Shown here: positions 51,854 through 61,527 of the stretch, piece by piece | Numbering within the stretch: position 1 is the stretch's first letter | Layout: each line of letters starts with the position of its first letter | NCBI GenBank assembly: GCA_000992305.1 | Contig: LBTY01000002.1 | Coordinates: forward strand, 37,490-101,489 | DNA from: a candidate division TM6 bacterium GW2011_GWF2_38_10 | GTDB taxonomy: Bacteria; Babelota; Babeliae; Babelales; RVW-14 | Direction of reading: 5' to 3' | Length of the DNA stretch: 64,000 nt | Position numbers and translations under genes: made by a program | Notes under the pieces: generated by a model | Told to the model about the DNA's origin: nothing | What the model saw: the letters and a program-made list of their open reading frames with translations, nothing else | Databases searched by the model: none

Positions 51854-52459
51854 GTGATTGATGTGCTTATTGGTCGAGTAAAAAATATTCGTGAAAAAAC
51901 GATAACGATTATGGTTGCAGGAGTAGGGTTTTCGGTTGCTGTTGCGCGGCCGTCCGACTTTGTTGTTGATCAAGATGTTCAGGTGTATACGCATTTGCAC
52001 TGGAATGCAGAGCATGGATTTTCGCTTCTTGGCTTTGCAACTGAATTGGAACGTTCTGTTTTTTTGATGATTATTGATTGCCCTAAAATTGGTCCATCGA
52101 TTGGGCTCTCCATTTTATCAAGTGTAAGTGCTGGAGAGTTTTTGAAATTAATACATGCTCAAAATACTAAAGGGTTAAGTGCATTGCAGGGAATTGGGCC
52201 TAAAAAGGCTGAACAGCTTATTGTTGCATTAAAACATAAAGTTTCAAAATTATTATCGTCTGGGATACTCAGTGGTGACGAGCAAGCCTCGTGTATTGAG
52301 TGGCATGAGGTAAGTGAGGTGCTTACTTCATTGAATTATTCAAAACCCGAGATATCCCAGGCGATGTTATATCTTTCGGCCAAATATGCCCAGCAGGATG
52401 TTGCACTTGATGTGCTTATCCGTTCGGCGCTGGCGTTTTTGTCGGCGCGGACGGTGTAA
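51854..52459 (+). CDS. ruvA: Holliday junction branch migration protein RuvA
   Basis: GVGF, IGP, GIGPKKAEQLIVALK, LTSLNYS. Confidence 0.93.
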   Translation: MIDVLIGRVKNIREKTITIMVAGVGFSVAVARPSDFVVDQDVQVYTHLHWNAEHGFSLLGFATELERSVFLMIIDCPKIGPSIGLSILSSVSAGEFLKLIHAQNTKGLSALQGIGPKKAEQLIVALKHKVSKLLSSGILSGDEQASCIEWHEVSEVLTSLNYSKPEISQAMLYLSAKYAQQDVALDVLIRSALAFLSARTV

Positions 52460-52464
52460 CGGGG

Positions 52465-52998
52465 ATGAGCCTAAAGCGACGTGTTTCATTTACGTTGGTT
52501 GAGTTAATGGTGGCCATGGTTCTTGTGTGTACGATTGTTATGGTTTCGTTGCCACGTGTTTCATGGTATCGTTATTTTTTATTACGATCTGAAATTAATA
52601 ATTTACATGCGCTTTTTGTTTGCTTGCAGCAGCGTGCGATTGTGAGTCATGCGATGTATGAACTTTTTTTTGATGTTGATCATAATACGTATCACTACTT
52701 GGCGCCTTCTGGAAAAAAAATGGTGTGCGCGTTGAATAAGTATGTGCAATTTGGCTGGGTTACAGGGGTCAAAGGTCCGCCGGGCGATCCTGAAAAAGTT
52801 ATTGATCGGTCAATAACGTTTCCTTTAACCAAGCAAGGGCATTGTGTTCAATTTTTTCCGGATGGTAAATTTTCAACTGGTACTATTTATATCGTTGATA
52901 AAGAAAAAACGAGGGTAGGCGCTTTAACTTGTCCAATATCTCAGGTATCATATATGCGACGTTATGTGTATGATGGATGCACGTGGAAGTTGTTGTAA
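52465..52998 (+). CDS. Minor pilin/pseudopilin (GspH/FimT-like)
   Basis: S-FTLVELMV class III signal; FFPDG..GTIYI. Confidence 0.8.
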   Translation: MSLKRRVSFTLVELMVAMVLVCTIVMVSLPRVSWYRYFLLRSEINNLHALFVCLQQRAIVSHAMYELFFDVDHNTYHYLAPSGKKMVCALNKYVQFGWVTGVKGPPGDPEKVIDRSITFPLTKQGHCVQFFPDGKFSTGTIYIVDKEKTRVGALTCPISQVSYMRRYVYDGCTWKLL

Positions 52999-53025
52999 CC
53001 AAGATACCTTATCGATTGATAATAC

Positions 53026-55817
53026 ATGTTAAAATTTATGTATCGTTTATTCCTTGCTTTATTGGTGGGTTTTTTTGTTGCCTTATGGATTGTTCAAAAT
53101 AATCCGTTGGTTGAACAAAAAATTTCATCCTCGGTGCTCTCTGCGTTGAACAAGGCGTGGGGTGCATCTATTCATGTTAAGCGTGTGCGGCTTAATTTGT
53201 TTACATGTACGCTTTTTTTGGAGCAAGGAATCATTGTAGACAATGACAAACAAACAACACAATGGTCGTTTGATCGTGCTCGTATTTATATATCTCCCTT
53301 TGCGTATTGGTATAAAAAAAAGGCTCATTTATACATTACCATTGATAATGTAACAGCTTCAACAGGGGTTTGCAGTGATGGGATTGATGTTGTGGGCCAT
53401 GTAAAAAAAATTATAAGGCCTCCTATTGAAAAACAACCAATTTCATTGCGTTCAATAATGTTACGTAATTTTGATGTTACGGCGCTGGTGGGTAGCACTC
53501 CTGTGCGTGTTCTTTTACATGGTTTTTTAGAATTTAAAAAAACTGACCCGTTGGGCGATTACGTAAAAAAATCTTCTCGTGTGGGGACCCTAGCTATTAC
53601 AAATATGGATGTTTTTGTTGGTCAGCGGATTTGTATCAAACAGGCGCGTGGCTTATGTCATTTTAAAAAAAATGTGTTGACGCATCGATGGGGTTTTACG
53701 TGTGAGCATGAAATTCCTTTTTGCATTCTAGATCCCGTCAAATCTTTTATTGTTAAGGGGCAGTGGGATGACGCACTTAAGGAAGTGCAGCTTAAAGAAT
53801 CGGGGAGTGATGCTCCATTGTTAACGTGTTCAGTGTTAAAAGATGCTTACCTTTCACTTAAGGGTTCCTTGGCAGCTTCTCGATTGGTGGCACTTTATTC
53901 TTTTTTAACTGAATCTACGTATTGCTCAACGATTAATGTAAACGAATGTTACAGCATTATAGATGTACGTTATCCTTTGCAGCCTGTTGGGGGCGGAGTT
54001 TCGGGGTTGTTAGGACATTTTTTGATGCTTTTGATTGCACCATTACTTCGTGTGAGCAGGGGATTGTGAGGGCGGCACTTTCGGGAAGCCGAGATGGCAA
54101 AATGATAGCAAGTGGTGCGTTGGTATGGGATTTTATGCAACACCAAGGAAGTTTGGTTGCCAAAAATGCTGCGCCTATTTCATCCAAAGAGGCTCATAGT
54201 GGGACATCAAATGCTATGGTTTCAGGAGTGGTTATCAAGCCTGAGCAGTGTAAAATTGCTCTTCATGTTTCCAAAGATGGTGGCGTGCATGGTAATTATG
54301 CTTTGGCTGTAGCGCATGTGTATAAGGGTATTGCATTGAGCACGCAAGGGTCGTTTGAGCAGCGTAATAAGGAATTTTTAATACAAGGAAAAACAGGGGC
54401 GGGGACGTATCATGCTACGCTTGCGCTTGATCCGCATCTTCATATTCGCTCAATTGATTATTGTGAACAAGATCAGCGTGTTATTGATCTTGCAGTTGAT
54501 GAGCAGGATGATTATACGTTGCGGGGAAATATTTATTTTTCTTGTTTTCGTTCCTTTTTGGATCAGTCAATGTCTCGACTGATGTTGGGTGGTGATAAGG
54601 TTTGTATGCACGTTACGCTTGATCAAAAAGATCTTATGCATATGCGAGGGTCGTGTGTTTTGCACGGAGGAAAAATATATATTCCTGACACACGAAATTT
54701 AATTGAAGGATGTTCAACCGCCTTTGAATATGATTATGCGCAGCGCTTGTTTATGTTGAATAATTTTATGCTGACATTTTGCAAGGGATCTATTGATAGC
54801 CAGCGTGTAACATTGCGCTTTGATGATGCATGGAATCTTTCGATGGTTCATGCTCCCTTTTCGATTAATAATCTTTTTATCAATTGGAAACGTGATTTTT
54901 TTGGTGTTTTTTATGGAAATTTTTTATTCAATAAATTACCCGATAATGATATGCATGTAACAGGATTGGCTGTTGTGAAAAAAGCATTATTAAAAGATAA
55001 TATTTTTTCTCAAGGTGCATCGATTGGTTTTTCGGGGGCTGTAGGGAGAGTGTTACCCATTAAGGAAAATATTAAAGTAGATGTGCGGATTATCAGTGAG
55101 CAGCCGATTAAAGCCCGGACTGATACACTCGAAACATATGCTTCACTTGATTTGCGAGTTCGTTATGCGCAAGGCAATAATGTTATGCAGTTGCCCTCTA
55201 TTGCGGGAACTGTTTCGCTTGATCGTGGGCAATTAAAATTTTTACGCAATACACTCACTATTGAGTATGGCAAAATTCATTTTATCGAAAATCAATTTAA
55301 TGATCCTATGATTGATTTAATTGCAAGTAATCGTATCAATAAATACATTGTTACATTACAGGCAACAGGTTCATTGGAAAAACCAACAATTATGCTTGAA
55401 TCAAATCCTGCGCTTACTGAAGAACAGGTTGTTGGGCTTTTGCTTTCTGGGAGTGAAAATGCACGTCTGCAGACAGACTTGTTTGCTATGCTTGAACAAA
55501 ATTTGCACAACATTGTGTTGGGAAGTAAAGATAAATTACCCAAAGCAACGACATTTTTGCAGACCTTAACGCGTCCCTTTAAATACGTACAAATTACGCC
55601 AGATTTTACCGACCAATCAGGTCGCGGCGGCATTAAAGGGACGCTATCGGTTAATGTGAGCGACCAGGTTTATGCACAAATTCAAAAGAATTTTAACTTG
55701 CAGGAAGATTTTTCGGCGCAAGTAGAATATTTCTTAGCTGATGATGTGAGCCTTAAGGCGGTAAAAGATCAGCGTGGTGAACTTGGGGCCGAAGTTGAAG
55801 TAAGACTTAAGTTTTGA
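53026..55817 (+). CDS. tamB: TamB/AsmA-like translocation-assembly protein split into two overlapping frames (53026-54069 and ~54000-55817)
   Basis: N-terminal TM anchor in ORF1; DUF490-like DPMIDL..GSLEKP.I.LESNPALTEEQVVGLLL in ORF2; 124-nt overlap. Confidence 0.7.
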
Positions 55818-56374
55818 GCAGCTGCAAGGTTTTGTAATTGTGCGGCAACTTCAGCTTCAACACTTTTACTTACTTTTTCATTAAGTTCCTGATGAAGGTT
55901 TTTAGTTGAAAGATCACGTTCAATTTGGGTAATTTTTCCTTGAAGATTTTTACATTCTTGAGATCTGCTTTTTGCTCGATTTTTTTCTTTGATGAGTTTT
56001 TCGCTGGCTTGCTCAAGAACGCGTGTGGTAATTTCAAGCTTTTGCTTAAGGGAATCAATTTCACCTTTGAGTGTTTGGTTTTCTTGCTCGAGCGCATGCA
56101 TTTGTTTTGAGGCTTCGGCGGCTGATTGTTCGAGCTTTTGTTTTTTTTGATACATTGTTTTGCTCAAGGTGTTCATGCGATCTACTTGATCAAGAATAGC
56201 ATAAACGCGGGGTTGTGTTGCTTTGTGTTCTTTGCGGATAGTGACAAGCTCATTTGTGATTTGCTTATAAACGGCTTGCATCGTTGTTGGTGTATTTGAA
56301 CGTTGCATGGCATTTGCGGCGGTTGCAATGCATAGTAAAAAAACTGAAAACACAAAAAATACTTGATTTTTCAT
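55769..56374 (-). CDS. Secreted coiled-coil hypothetical protein
   Basis: Signal peptide ending ANA; heptad repeats; SD GGGAG. Confidence 0.75.
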   Translation of the reverse strand: MKNQVFFVFSVFLLCIATAANAMQRSNTPTTMQAVYKQITNELVTIRKEHKATQPRVYAILDQVDRMNTLSKTMYQKKQKLEQSAAEASKQMHALEQENQTLKGEIDSLKQKLEITTRVLEQASEKLIKEKNRAKSRSQECKNLQGKITQIERDLSTKNLHQELNEKVSKSVEAEVAAQLQNLAAAQNLSLTSTSAPSSPR

Positions 56375-56596
56375 AAAAATCTCCCTTTTCCTTTTTTCAA
56401 ATTTTCAGACATTTTATTTTTATCTTCTATTTTTTATGATGTTATTTTTTTTTGCAAGCATTTGTAAAAAAACGAAAAGAGCGTGGTATTTATTGATTTT
56501 TTATAGGGTGGTTTTTGGATATGACTACAAAAAGTGCTTGTTAAATGTATAATGGTTAAGATCAAGCAGTAGAAAAAAAAATAGAAAGGAGAGTTC

Positions 56597-58102
56597 ATGA
56601 TAAAAAGAATAGGACTTTTGGTTTGTTTGTATTGTGGAATTTATTCCTTTGCGTGTGGAATGGTTACGGATAACCGCAATCCTCTTGTTGATTTGTGCCA
56701 AACCATTTTGCAGCAATGTGATGAGTTTAATTATAGTTGTATGCCTTTAAAAGACGTTTACTGTGTTCAAGATTATGCGGGTGAAATTACGAGAAATAAA
56801 ATCACGTGTCCAGTGTCAGCCCAGATGTTTTTGTCTGCGATGGACGATGTCATTAATATGCTAAAGTATAATCTTTCTGATAACACGACGTGGGTTAGTT
56901 CAAACGATCAAGACCCCATCCCCCAGCCGGCAGCGATTATTTCTACTTTAGAACAACCGCAGCAGGGAATTTATGTAGTGGCGCTTGAGGCTGCGCCGAC
57001 TACAAAGGTTATTGTAACCAGCGATTATCACGGTAATGTCCACGCATTTATACGAAATTTGTATCGCTATCGTAATGCCGGGTTGATGAATGGTGATTTT
57101 GTTTTGCGTGATGATGTTGTGCTTATTATTAACGGTGACATTGCTGATCGTGGGCATTATGGTGTTGAATTGTGGGCGGTATTGTTTTTGCTCATGATCC
57201 AAAATCCGCACAATGTGATTCTTGTTCAAGGAAATCACGAAGAAGATTCTGTAGCTCAGGATTATGGTTTTTATGCAGAACTTGAAGCTAAGTTATTTGC
57301 TTCCTATGATGGGCAAGCGTTGCGTAAGCGTATACGATCGCATATTTTGTCGTTGTGGGGATTGCTTCCGCAGGCTGTTTTTGTGGGGGTGCGTGATTAT
57401 AAAGGCATTCTTAATTTTGCACAATGTAATCACGGTGGGTTGCCGGGGCCGCTTTTGGGGCAGTCGTTTGCGCCTGGGTATGATGGTTTTTGTATGTTGC
57501 TTGAAAAAGTGGCTGAGGATCATCGTCCTTATAAAAAATATGCCTTTTTGCAGTCAAGAGTTCCCAAACGTAATGGTTTAACATGGAATGGTTTTTTTGC
57601 TGGAGCAGGTTCAACGACGGTTAAGCAAGGCAAGCGGCGGGATGATTTTTTACACCATGGGTGTACGGTTTCTGATTATTTTGGGCGCTTACGATCACGT
57701 GATGTACGAGTTTCGTGTATTGTGCGCGGACACGAACATTTGGACCATGGAATAAATCAACTGCAAGATGTTGTTCCGGAATCTATTGATCATCGAAAGT
57801 GTTGTCCGGGGTGGGCACCTTTTTTTAAAAAAATTCCTTTGTGTTATGGGGATAATAGTTATCCTGTTTTGACCATAACAAGCATGGCTGAAGATTTTTT
57901 TAAGGATGCCTATGTTGTGCTTTCATTTGTTCCTGAGGCACGTGTTTGGATCGCAACTCCATGCGTTTATGAATCCTTGTTTGCAGGCGATCGGCAGGGG
58001 GATTTGTTTTTGCGGTGGAAGGTTACGTATAATGAAAGTACCCATTCATTTGATTGGAGTGCCCTTGTTGAGCGCGCAAATGCTGTGGCTGATGATGACT
58101 AA
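56597..58102 (+). CDS. Secreted PPP-family Ser/Thr phosphatase (paralog of 48478)
   Basis: Signal peptide; SDYHG, GDIADRG, GNHE, HGG, RGHE; SD AAGGAG. Confidence 0.85.
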   Translation: MIKRIGLLVCLYCGIYSFACGMVTDNRNPLVDLCQTILQQCDEFNYSCMPLKDVYCVQDYAGEITRNKITCPVSAQMFLSAMDDVINMLKYNLSDNTTWVSSNDQDPIPQPAAIISTLEQPQQGIYVVALEAAPTTKVIVTSDYHGNVHAFIRNLYRYRNAGLMNGDFVLRDDVVLIINGDIADRGHYGVELWAVLFLLMIQNPHNVILVQGNHEEDSVAQDYGFYAELEAKLFASYDGQALRKRIRSHILSLWGLLPQAVFVGVRDYKGILNFAQCNHGGLPGPLLGQSFAPGYDGFCMLLEKVAEDHRPYKKYAFLQSRVPKRNGLTWNGFFAGAGSTTVKQGKRRDDFLHHGCTVSDYFGRLRSRDVRVSCIVRGHEHLDHGINQLQDVVPESIDHRKCCPGWAPFFKKIPLCYGDNSYPVLTITSMAEDFFKDAYVVLSFVPEARVWIATPCVYESLFAGDRQGDLFLRWKVTYNESTHSFDWSALVERANAVADDD

Positions 58103-58207
58103 CAACAGGCCGAAGGCGTATATTCTAGTTGTAGCACATTGCTTATTGCGCTACACTATAAAGCATCATAATTATGGTATTGAATCATTGTAGTGTAAGG
58201 AGTAGTA

Positions 58208-58852
58208 GTGAAAAAAATTGTTTTTGGATTGATGCTCAGCCTTGGTTTTTTGATACCGGCCCATGCGGTAAAAGAAGTTTTATTTGCGCCGGATGATCGG
58301 CCAAAAACTCGATTACTTGAGTATATTGCGGCGGCAAAAAAAAGGATCCATGTTGCCATGTATACGTTTACCGAAAAAGATTTTGCGGATGCCCTTGTCC
58401 TTGCGTCGCAACGAGGGGTGCATGTTCAAGTCATTCTTGATCTTTCATCGGTATTGTCTCCATACGCAAAAGTTTATTTGTTGTCGCCGATGGTTGAAGT
58501 TTTTGCGTTTGTAACTAAGCAGCATTATTCAAGTGATCCACAGGCCCGCACATTTGCGCCGCTTATGCATAATAAATTTGCTGTTATTGATGATGTTGTT
58601 TGGACAGGGTCTTTTAATTGGACGCAAAGTGCAAACTCGCGTAATCAAGAAAACGTTGTGGTGATCAAGGATGCACAAGCGGTAAAAAAATATGAGGAGC
58701 GATTTCAGATCATTAGGGAAAAATGTTCCAAGGTAGAAGCTGTTCTTCAAAGTATGCATGTGCGCAATAAAAAAAGTATTACAACAAAAAGAGTGCAAAA
58801 GGCTCGGCGCTTACTTAAGCGTTATCATAAAAATACTTGTAAATCGGCATAA
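58208..58852 (+). CDS. Secreted single-HKD phospholipase D-fold protein (Nuc/Zucchini-like)
   Basis: Signal peptide AHA; FAP, MYTFT, HNKFAVID..WTGSFNWT..N.EN. Confidence 0.88.
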   Translation: MKKIVFGLMLSLGFLIPAHAVKEVLFAPDDRPKTRLLEYIAAAKKRIHVAMYTFTEKDFADALVLASQRGVHVQVILDLSSVLSPYAKVYLLSPMVEVFAFVTKQHYSSDPQARTFAPLMHNKFAVIDDVVWTGSFNWTQSANSRNQENVVVIKDAQAVKKYEERFQIIREKCSKVEAVLQSMHVRNKKSITTKRVQKARRLLKRYHKNTCKSA

Positions 58853-58873
58853 AAAAACTTTTTGCAAATCTCC

Positions 58874-58903
58874 TTGACGAGCAAGGAGGCCCCATGGTAT
58901 AAC
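58874..58903 (+). promoter_or_regulatory. Sigma70-type promoter with extended -10
   Basis: TTGACG-18 nt-TATAAC with TGn. Confidence 0.6.
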
Positions 58904-58918
58904 ACGAAAAGTTTACCT

Positions 58919-59088
58919 GGCTCTGTTGACTTTGTGTTTTATGTAAAAAATGGATGGATCCTCGGGTTGCGGTCCTAGTGTCCCGCCCCCAAGGATGACA
59001 CACTACAAAACGTTTGTCATTCTCGGCTTTGGCCGTCAGGCCTCTTGACCGAGAATCCATAATTTTAGTTTTTAAAAGCAATAGAGTA
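58919..59088. mobile_element. Composite MITE-like element copy 2 (shorter, degenerate right end)
   Basis: GGCTCTGTTGACTTT.. and REP doublet nearly identical to 51591-51750; right end AAAAGCAATAGAG. Confidence 0.78.
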
Positions 59089-59190
59089 GCAGAAAAAGAA
59101 TGCGTGTGTAGTTGTGTGTGGTATGCAACTGCAGGCCCAATAGAAGTTACTGTGAATATAACTAAAATATAACGTGGCAAGGGAGATAGA

Positions 59191-60699
59191 ATGGTTCGTT
59201 TTTCGATAACAAATACCGCTGCGCGCGGGACAACCTCTCGTTTTTTAGTGTGTGCTGCTCTTGTTGCTGTGGGGGCGTTTTTTCGTGTAACGGCAACACC
59301 AATCAATAATTACAACGATACCAATGCGGTTTATTCTCCGCAAGGGTCAGATCGTTTTTACATAAAACCTGATGAAAAAAAGACCAGCAAAGGCGGCTTG
59401 CGGTTGCAGATTTCGCCTTTTTATCAACATGCGGGCCGCGCGCGTAACGGCGCCGGCAGAAGTGTTCCTATGGGTGAACGCTTGGGTAAGTGGAATATGA
59501 CAGGGTTGTTTTTTGGACAAGCGGCGGCGCCAAAGGCCTTTGCTAGCTACACAGAGTTGAATAAAGTTTTTACGACGTATTTTAATTCTGGGAATGGTAT
59601 TAATGATGGAAGTGATGATATTACCGGCTTTTCCACACCATTGCAAAACCTTGCCAAAGAAGCAGATTATGACCTTGACGTTAACGTAGCTTCGTTGTTT
59701 GGAGGGTTTAATGGTGAAGGAGATCCTAAGGATACTGGCGCGCTTGGCATTACTTATGAAAAATATGGGTTGCGCGGGCAGGTTGCGGTGAGTTTTGTGC
59801 ATGGACTGAGCTTGTCGGTAAAAGGTGGGTTGGTTGATTATAAAATGGCACCTAATTTTAATGTTGGTGAAACGTTGAAGTCACAAAGGGATTTAACCGA
59901 TGACGATCAAAAAGCAAAAAAAGTGGTATACGATCATCTTTTTGCTCCTACTGCGCGTGCAAAATTATTTGGCGAAATAGGACTTGACCTTGATAGCGTG
60001 CGCAAGACGGCAATGGAAGATATGCACATTCAGCTGCAGTGGCACTTGCCGCAAGATTTTCGTGAAAACGATGAGCTTGCTGTGACGGTGATTCCAAGTC
60101 TTGCGGCGGGGATGTGGTTGCCAACTGGTAAGAAAAAAGATCAAGATCGTGCATTTTCGTTGGATACTGGCAATGGTGGTTTTTATGGATTTACGCTTGA
60201 GGGTGCGCTTGCTTTTGATTTTCCTCAGCTTATGCAAACTAATTTTGGTGGCGGGGCTATTGTTTCGGCAAGCAAAGACCAAAGTGGGTACCGAGTGCCG
60301 TCGGCTAATCCAACGGTTGGCGTGATTAAGCAACAAGGTTTTTATCCTTGGAAAACCAGCGTGAATATTAAACCTGGGTTAACATGGTTTGCACAAGCAT
60401 CGCTCAAGTCTGAAGGGTTTAGTGGCGATCTTTCGTTGTTTTTTGATTATGTGTATACCTATCACCAAAGAGATTCAATTACGTTAAAAGAGACAAGTGT
60501 TACTCGTCAGGAAGCATTTGCCCCTGGCGTGAAGTATCTTGAAAATGAGTCAAATTGGAAGAGTCAGTTGTGCAATATTGGGCTTGATTACCGCATAACC
60601 AAAAACCTTGCGTTTGGTGGTCTTGTGCAGGGAATGATTGGCGGCTCGCATGTGTTGAAGTCTACGCTTGTGATGGGAACTGTAACATTTTCATTCTAA
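59191..60699 (+). CDS. Putative outer-membrane beta-barrel protein
   Basis: Signal peptide, alternating aromatic beta strands, C-terminal VTFSF. Confidence 0.65.
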   Translation: MVRFSITNTAARGTTSRFLVCAALVAVGAFFRVTATPINNYNDTNAVYSPQGSDRFYIKPDEKKTSKGGLRLQISPFYQHAGRARNGAGRSVPMGERLGKWNMTGLFFGQAAAPKAFASYTELNKVFTTYFNSGNGINDGSDDITGFSTPLQNLAKEADYDLDVNVASLFGGFNGEGDPKDTGALGITYEKYGLRGQVAVSFVHGLSLSVKGGLVDYKMAPNFNVGETLKSQRDLTDDDQKAKKVVYDHLFAPTARAKLFGEIGLDLDSVRKTAMEDMHIQLQWHLPQDFRENDELAVTVIPSLAAGMWLPTGKKKDQDRAFSLDTGNGGFYGFTLEGALAFDFPQLMQTNFGGGAIVSASKDQSGYRVPSANPTVGVIKQQGFYPWKTSVNIKPGLTWFAQASLKSEGFSGDLSLFFDYVYTYHQRDSITLKETSVTRQEAFAPGVKYLENESNWKSQLCNIGLDYRITKNLAFGGLVQGMIGGSHVLKSTLVMGTVTFSF

Positions 60700-60742
60700 A
60701 AAGTGGTTTTTGGAAGTTATTTTAAAGATTGTTGGTCATTTT

Positions 60743-60771
60743 TTGACAAATGTACGCAATTTTCTTAGAAT
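60743..60771 (+). promoter_or_regulatory. Sigma70-type promoter for rpsU-rbfA-kdsD-pilD
   Basis: TTGACA-17 nt-TAGAAT. Confidence 0.72.
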
Positions 60772-60833
60772 GTAGCATGTGTGTTCGAATTGGTTTTAAC
60801 GTTTAAATTATTTTGAAACGGGGTTTTTCTATA

Positions 60834-61043
60834 ATGTCAAAAGCCTATAATATTGAGATTAACGTAACAGGAAATATCGAAAAAAGTCTCAAACAATTGA
60901 AAAAAAAGATTGAGCGTGAAGGTGTTATTCGCGATATGAAGCGTCAGGTGTATTATGAACCTCCAACGCAGAAAAAAAGAAAAAGACTTTTACGAGCAAT
61001 TAAAAACAATATTATTAAAAACATGGAAAGCGAGTCTTTGTAG
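60834..61043 (+). CDS. rpsU: 30S ribosomal protein S21
   Basis: IEKSLKQLKKKIEREG..YYEPPT.KK. Confidence 0.9.
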   Translation: MSKAYNIEINVTGNIEKSLKQLKKKIEREGVIRDMKRQVYYEPPTQKKRKRLLRAIKNNIIKNMESESL

Positions 61044-61073
61044 TCTCGTTTGGTCTATGGAAAGGGTGCGTTG

Positions 61074-61475
61074 ATGGTTAATCCTCGATATCACAATGTC
61101 AAACGAGAGAAAAAAAAGTCTCTCTACATGCGTGAGATTACTTCGTTGATTCAGGAGATTGCGCAAGACGAACCTGTGGTGGCACAAGTGTATGTGACCC
61201 GGGTAGATTTTTCGGCGGATTGTGGCATTTGCTATGTTTATTTTTCAACATTCGGTGAATTTTCTGAGGAGCTGTTTGAACAGGTTCTTGAACGTTTAAA
61301 GCTGTATCGACCATCAATGCGCAGCGCATTGGCAAGGAGTATCAAATCTCGTTACACGCCAGATCTTGCCTTCTTTTATGATAAAACCAAAGAAAAAGAA
61401 TTTAAAATCAATCAGTTACTTGATAAAGTGGTCGAAGATTTGCGCGAGAACGAACAACAGGATGAGCACGATTAA
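61074..61475 (+). CDS. rbfA: Ribosome-binding factor A
   Basis: VTRVDFSAD..VYF, RYTPDLAFFYD. Confidence 0.9.
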   Translation: MVNPRYHNVKREKKKSLYMREITSLIQEIAQDEPVVAQVYVTRVDFSADCGICYVYFSTFGEFSEELFEQVLERLKLYRPSMRSALARSIKSRYTPDLAFFYDKTKEKEFKINQLLDKVVEDLRENEQQDEHD

Positions 61476-61527
61476 GATCGACTAAACTTTGCTTGTGCTG
61501 AGCATGAAGGCTTTGAAAGGTTTTTTT

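Noticed and set aside
51591..59088. CRISPR array or integron attC array interpretation of the repeats
   Set aside because: Only two copies 7.3 kb apart, no spacers, no cas or intI genes, no attC-type ends
58815..59306. 163-aa minus-strand ORF through the repeat element
   Set aside because: Overlaps two plus-strand genes and the palindromic element; such repeats often read open by chance; no SD or domain
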